From Promethearchaeia archaeon (lineage in GTDB: Archaea > Asgardarchaeota > Lokiarchaeia > Sigyniarchaeales > SOKP01): a stretch of DNA of 64,000 nucleotides. A program made the translations under genes and the position numbers. Of this stretch, positions 60,463 to 64,000 are shown piece after piece. Position 1 is the first letter of the stretch, and every line of letters starts with the position of its first letter. The notes beneath the pieces are model-generated. The model ran no database searches, was not told the origin of the DNA, and worked only from the letters and a program-made list of their open reading frames with translations. Where the stretch lies: the NCBI GenBank assembly GCA_046483985.1, contig JAWOCD010000084.1, positions 65,525-129,524 of the forward strand, written 5' to 3'.

Positions 60463-60915
60463 ATGGCTAACATTAATCTCTACTGTCTCCATTACGGTGA
60501 TTGTGATCCAGATAAATGTACCGCCATAAAATTAAAAAAATTAAATAAACTAAAATTTCTTGATAAAATAACTGGAAAATTAAAACAAGCTATTTTTTTA
60601 AATCCTTTTTCTTCTAAGGAAATTAGTCTAAAGGACAGAAGAATTGTCCTTAAATATGGCTTGGTTGTAATCGATTGCTCTTGGAATAAAATTTTAAATC
60701 GGAACATTCCAGAAACTCAAAATCCAAGGAGATTGCCATCACTTGTTGCCGCAAATCCAATTAATTACGGAAAATGGGAGAAGTTAAGTTCTGCTGAAGC
60801 AATAATTGCAGCACTTTATCTTACTGGTTTTTCAAAAAATGCAAAAAAATTAGCAAATCTTTTCCGGTGGGGACAAGAATTTTTAAGAATTAATAATTTT
60901 AAAAAAAAAATTTAA
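60463..60915 (+). CDS. tsr3: 16S/18S rRNA aminocarboxypropyltransferase Tsr3
   Basis: CDPDKCT, IDCSW, RRLPSLVAANPINYG, LSSAEA, FRWGQEF. Confidence 0.93.
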   Translation: MANINLYCLHYGDCDPDKCTAIKLKKLNKLKFLDKITGKLKQAIFLNPFSSKEISLKDRRIVLKYGLVVIDCSWNKILNRNIPETQNPRRLPSLVAANPINYGKWEKLSSAEAIIAALYLTGFSKNAKKLANLFRWGQEFLRINNFKKKI

Positions 60916-60936
60916 AAGATTAAGTTGTAAAAAGAC

Positions 60937-62541
60937 TTACTCTTCTCCGCCTTCAGAAAAGCCTGAAGCAGCAATCACATCATCAATTTTAAGGATCATG
61001 GAAGCAACTTCAGTAGCAGATTGTATTGCTTGAGTTAAAATTGATAAAGGTTCGATAACTCCATTTTTTATCATATCGTCTGGTTTACCAGTTTCTATAT
61101 TAATTCCGTAGGGAGTTCCATCTTCTGCTTCATGTTTTGATCTTATTTCGACAGTCAAATCCACGGGATTATGTCCCGCGTTTTCAATCAGAGTTTTGGG
61201 AACTACTTCAAGTGCATTCGCATAAATTTGGATCGCTAACTGTTCTCTCCCACCTATTGATGTCGCATACGATTTTAATCTTTTTGCAAGTTCAACTTCT
61301 GATGCGCCTCCACCAGGTAGAATATAAGGAAGTTCAATAGCAGATTTAACTACAGATAATGCATCGTGCAGCATTCTTTCTGCTTCATCTACTACATGTT
61401 CAATTCCTGCTCGAATCAAGATACTGACGGCTTTTGGATCTGGACATTCTGAGATAAAGATCATATTGTCCTCTCCAATTTTCTTTTCTTCTACACGACC
61501 CGCAGAACCTAAATCATCTGGATCTATCTCAAAGATATTATTCACGATCTTCGCATTAGTCGCTCTAGAAAGCTTTTCCATGTCTGACCTTTTTACTCTC
61601 CTCACAGTAACAATGTCTTCCTTAGCTAAGAAGTTTTGCGCTTTTTCATCAACTCCTTTCTGACAGAAAACAACATTTGCTCCTACTTCTTTTAATTTTG
61701 CCACTCTTTTCCGAAGCATATTGGCTTCTTCTTCTAAGAATTGATCAATCTGATCTGGCGTTTGAACTTTTATCTCTGCATCAAATTCTGTTTTTTCAAC
61801 TTCTAATGAAGAATTTATAAGAGCGATTTTTGCGTCTTTTAGAGATTTAGGCATCATTGGATGAAGGATCTCTTTATCTATAATAATTCCATCAATAATC
61901 GTTGTATCAAAAAGACTTTTCCCCTCTTTCTTGATAATTTGAATTTGATCCAAATCGATTACTCTTGAATCCTCTCTTTCCTCAATGATCTGAGATACCG
62001 CATTTACAGCAATCTTTGCAAAATGCCCTTTTGCACCAGCAATTAACTTACTATTCATTGAAGTTTCTGCAATTTTAATTAAGGTATCTTTATCGTTTAT
62101 ATCAATTTTCGTTGCCATTTCTTTTAAAATCTCTTTTGATTTCATCAACGCCTTTCTATATCCTCTGAATATTATCGTTGGATGAACAGATTGATCCATT
62201 AATTCTTCAGCAAGGTTGAGTAATTCACCAGCAATAATGACGCTAGTTGTTGTTCCATCACCCACTTTATCATCTTGAGTTTTCGCAACTTCAATAATCA
62301 TTTTAGCTGCAGGATGTTCCACATCAATTTCATCTAGAATTGTTGCGCCGTCATTAGTAATAGTCACATCTCCTAGAGAATCAACCAACATTTTATCCAT
62401 TCCTTTTGGTCCAAGAGTTGTTCTAACAGATTCAGCGACCGCTTTTGCAGCAGCAATATTGTTTTTCTGAGCGTCTTTTCCTCTTTTTCTTTCAGCCCCT
62501 TCTTTTAGGACTAAAATAGGGACTCCTGATAATTGTGCCAT
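60937..62541 (-). CDS. Thermosome (group II chaperonin) subunit
   Basis: [37 protein letters not shown]; start probably MAQL at 62541. Confidence 0.96.
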   Translation of the reverse strand: MAQLSGVPILVLKEGAERKRGKDAQKNNIAAAKAVAESVRTTLGPKGMDKMLVDSLGDVTITNDGATILDEIDVEHPAAKMIIEVAKTQDDKVGDGTTTSVIIAGELLNLAEELMDQSVHPTIIFRGYRKALMKSKEILKEMATKIDINDKDTLIKIAETSMNSKLIAGAKGHFAKIAVNAVSQIIEEREDSRVIDLDQIQIIKKEGKSLFDTTIIDGIIIDKEILHPMMPKSLKDAKIALINSSLEVEKTEFDAEIKVQTPDQIDQFLEEEANMLRKRVAKLKEVGANVVFCQKGVDEKAQNFLAKEDIVTVRRVKRSDMEKLSRATNAKIVNNIFEIDPDDLGSAGRVEEKKIGEDNMIFISECPDPKAVSILIRAGIEHVVDEAERMLHDALSVVKSAIELPYILPGGGASEVELAKRLKSYATSIGGREQLAIQIYANALEVVPKTLIENAGHNPVDLTVEIRSKHEAEDGTPYGINIETGKPDDMIKNGVIEPLSILTQAIQSATEVASMILKIDDVIAASGFSEGGEE

Positions 62542-62919
62542 ATTAGACCACTTTATCAAATTTTGTATTTGTTGAAATTTTTAATTTTTAATTTTTCTTT
62601 ATAATGATCTCTAAGTCATAAAACTAAAAAATTTTACGAAAAAAAATTCTTAATTTTTCTTTTATAAGGGATTTTTAAAAATAAACCATCGAAAATTATC
62701 GAATTTTTTATAATTCCATTTTTTAATTTATAATAGTTTAATACAGAATAAGGATCTAAAGTTAAAAAATATTTGAGCTGAAAGGCAAAACTCAAAATTG
62801 AAAAAAGTTCTATTTTCCCCAGATCTCTAATCTAATAAGAGAAAAGGGTTAAGAGTAATACTCTCCTTTATACAATAATTCCAAGCTCAATTCTGAGGGC
62901 AAAATCATAAACCTAATTA

Positions 62920-63003
62920 TATTTGTAATACATTTATGAAATATAACCGATCCTTTTATATATTTGTAATACATATATTAAGTAAGAACTTATTTGTAAT
63001 ACA
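62920..63003. promoter_or_regulatory. Three copies of TATTTGTAATACA (palindromic core TGTA-A-TACA) around a TATA box; putative operators
   Basis: Copies at 62920-62932, 62961-62973 and 62991-63003; TTTTATATA at 62954-62962. Confidence 0.7.
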
Positions 63004-63021
63004 AAAAAGAGGTTATTAAAA

Positions 63022-63258
63022 TTGACGGGAAAAAACAAAAAAATGCATTATCCTATTGTCAAATCAATTAGGATAAACAAAAGTATGGAAACAAATTGGA
63101 ATCCCGAAGAGATTAGAGGATTTCTAAAGGGAGACTCTAATCTAAAAACACTATTACAAAAACTATATGAAATTATGGAGACCAAAATGAAATTTACATC
63201 GAAACTAAGTGAGGAAAATATTGAAACAATAAAGAGGATTGAGGAGGTTATTGAGTAA
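63022..63258 (+). CDS. Small protein, possible ribbon-helix-helix DNA binder
   Basis: N-terminal VKSIRIN beta-strand followed by helices; GAGGT SD-like motif upstream. Confidence 0.45.
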   Translation: MTGKNKKMHYPIVKSIRINKSMETNWNPEEIRGFLKGDSNLKTLLQKLYEIMETKMKFTSKLSEENIETIKRIEEVIE

Positions 63259-63539
63259 TGGGGTTATTGGATAAATATGAGGGGTTTGAGGCTAAGAAGT
63301 CGGAGGAGGATAAGGAGAAAGAGGAGGATAAGGAGACCCCCGCCCCTGCCCCCAAACCTAAGACCAAAAAGAAAGAGAAAACGCCTAAACCTAAATCTCC
63401 TAAAACAACAACCAAACAACAAGAATCTAAATTTGCCACTAGACTAAAAGGGGACAAAACTCTTACAAAAAAAGAGATCATAGAATATATTATCTTAATT
63501 ATAAAACAGAATAAAGAGAAATACAATCTAGAGGAATAG
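63258..63539 (+). CDS. Small charged, Pro/Lys-rich hypothetical protein
   Basis: TAATG coupling with the upstream ORF; GGAGGT SD-like motif. Confidence 0.55.
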   Translation: MGLLDKYEGFEAKKSEEDKEKEEDKETPAPAPKPKTKKKEKTPKPKSPKTTTKQQESKFATRLKGDKTLTKKEIIEYIILIIKQNKEKYNLEE

Positions 63540-63571
63540 AAATCAAAAAAATAAATTAGGAGAAGAGAAAA

Positions 63572-64000
63572 ATGGCTATTTTCGATGATTGGAGGATTTA
63601 TCAAGAAGCTTTCTTAGAGTATATGAACGGAATAAACCCCTATGCCGATGTGAGTTTTGTTTACTTCCCTCATTTCTTCTTACTCACCCCGATTTTCCTC
63701 AATCTTTATGTGTATATTCTCTTTATGTTAGTGTGTTATGGATTTTCGTTTTATTTTGCAATAAAACTGCAGATAAATAAATATATTATCATTATCTTTC
63801 TTTTCCTTAATCCTATCATAAGCCTCAACGGCAATATTGATTTCTTCATACTTTTAGTTATTCTAATCTGTTTATACTATAAAAATAGTTATTTAACCCC
63901 TGTTTTATTGTCTTTTGTCTCCTTTAAACCAACCTTAGCTCTAGTCCTTCCATACTTCTTTCTCAAATCTAAGTCCAGAGTTAAATTTATAATAGTCTAT
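63572..64000 (+). CDS. GT87/DUF2029-like polytopic membrane glycosyltransferase (3' partial; not in ORF track)
   Basis: Hand translation MAIFDDWRIYQEAFLEYMNGINPYADVSFVYFPHFFLLTP...NGNIDF...FKP, open to the window end. Confidence 0.65.
   Translation, partial: MAIFDDWRIYQEAFLEYMNGINPYADVSFVYFPHFFLLTPIFLNLYVYILFMLVCYGFSFYFAIKLQINKYIIIIFLFLNPIISLNGNIDFFILLVILICLYYKNSYLTPVLLSFVSFKPTLALVLPYFFLKSKSRVKFIIVY

Noticed and set aside
63589-63780. 63-aa ORF in track
   Set aside because: Out-of-frame overlap with the longer GT87-like frame starting at 63572.

Overview
AT-rich archaeal chromosomal segment, best interpreted as Asgard archaea (Lokiarchaeia/Promethearchaeia-like). Evidence: archaeal information genes (aRF1, aIF2-beta, TFB, Rpo12, thermosome, RPA, Nmd3/Rio1/Dim2, Tsr3), archaeal CoA and methanofuran enzymes, and many eukaryotic-signature proteins (Rag-like and Rab-like GTPases, roadblock/longin proteins, profilin, gelsolin domain, RING domain, Get3). 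It carries a stand-alone ~3.35 kb 23S rRNA gene (minus strand) with two large expansion segments and a very long BHB-containing processing stem, plus six tRNA genes, three with non-canonical or double introns. It also holds a dispersed family of IS200/IS605 (TnpB omega-RNA-type) end remnants; one complete ~216-bp copy supplies the stop codon of pantoate kinase. The most novel-looking items are (i) a 790-aa membrane protein with seven MIT-like three-helix repeats flanking an SCP2-like lipid-binding domain and (ii) an adjacent pair of a C-terminally extended profilin and a membrane-anchored gelsolin-domain protein. Two genes missing from the ORF track (rpoP, a GT87-like gene at the right edge) were read directly. 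All family calls are by eye from motifs; no database searches were run.
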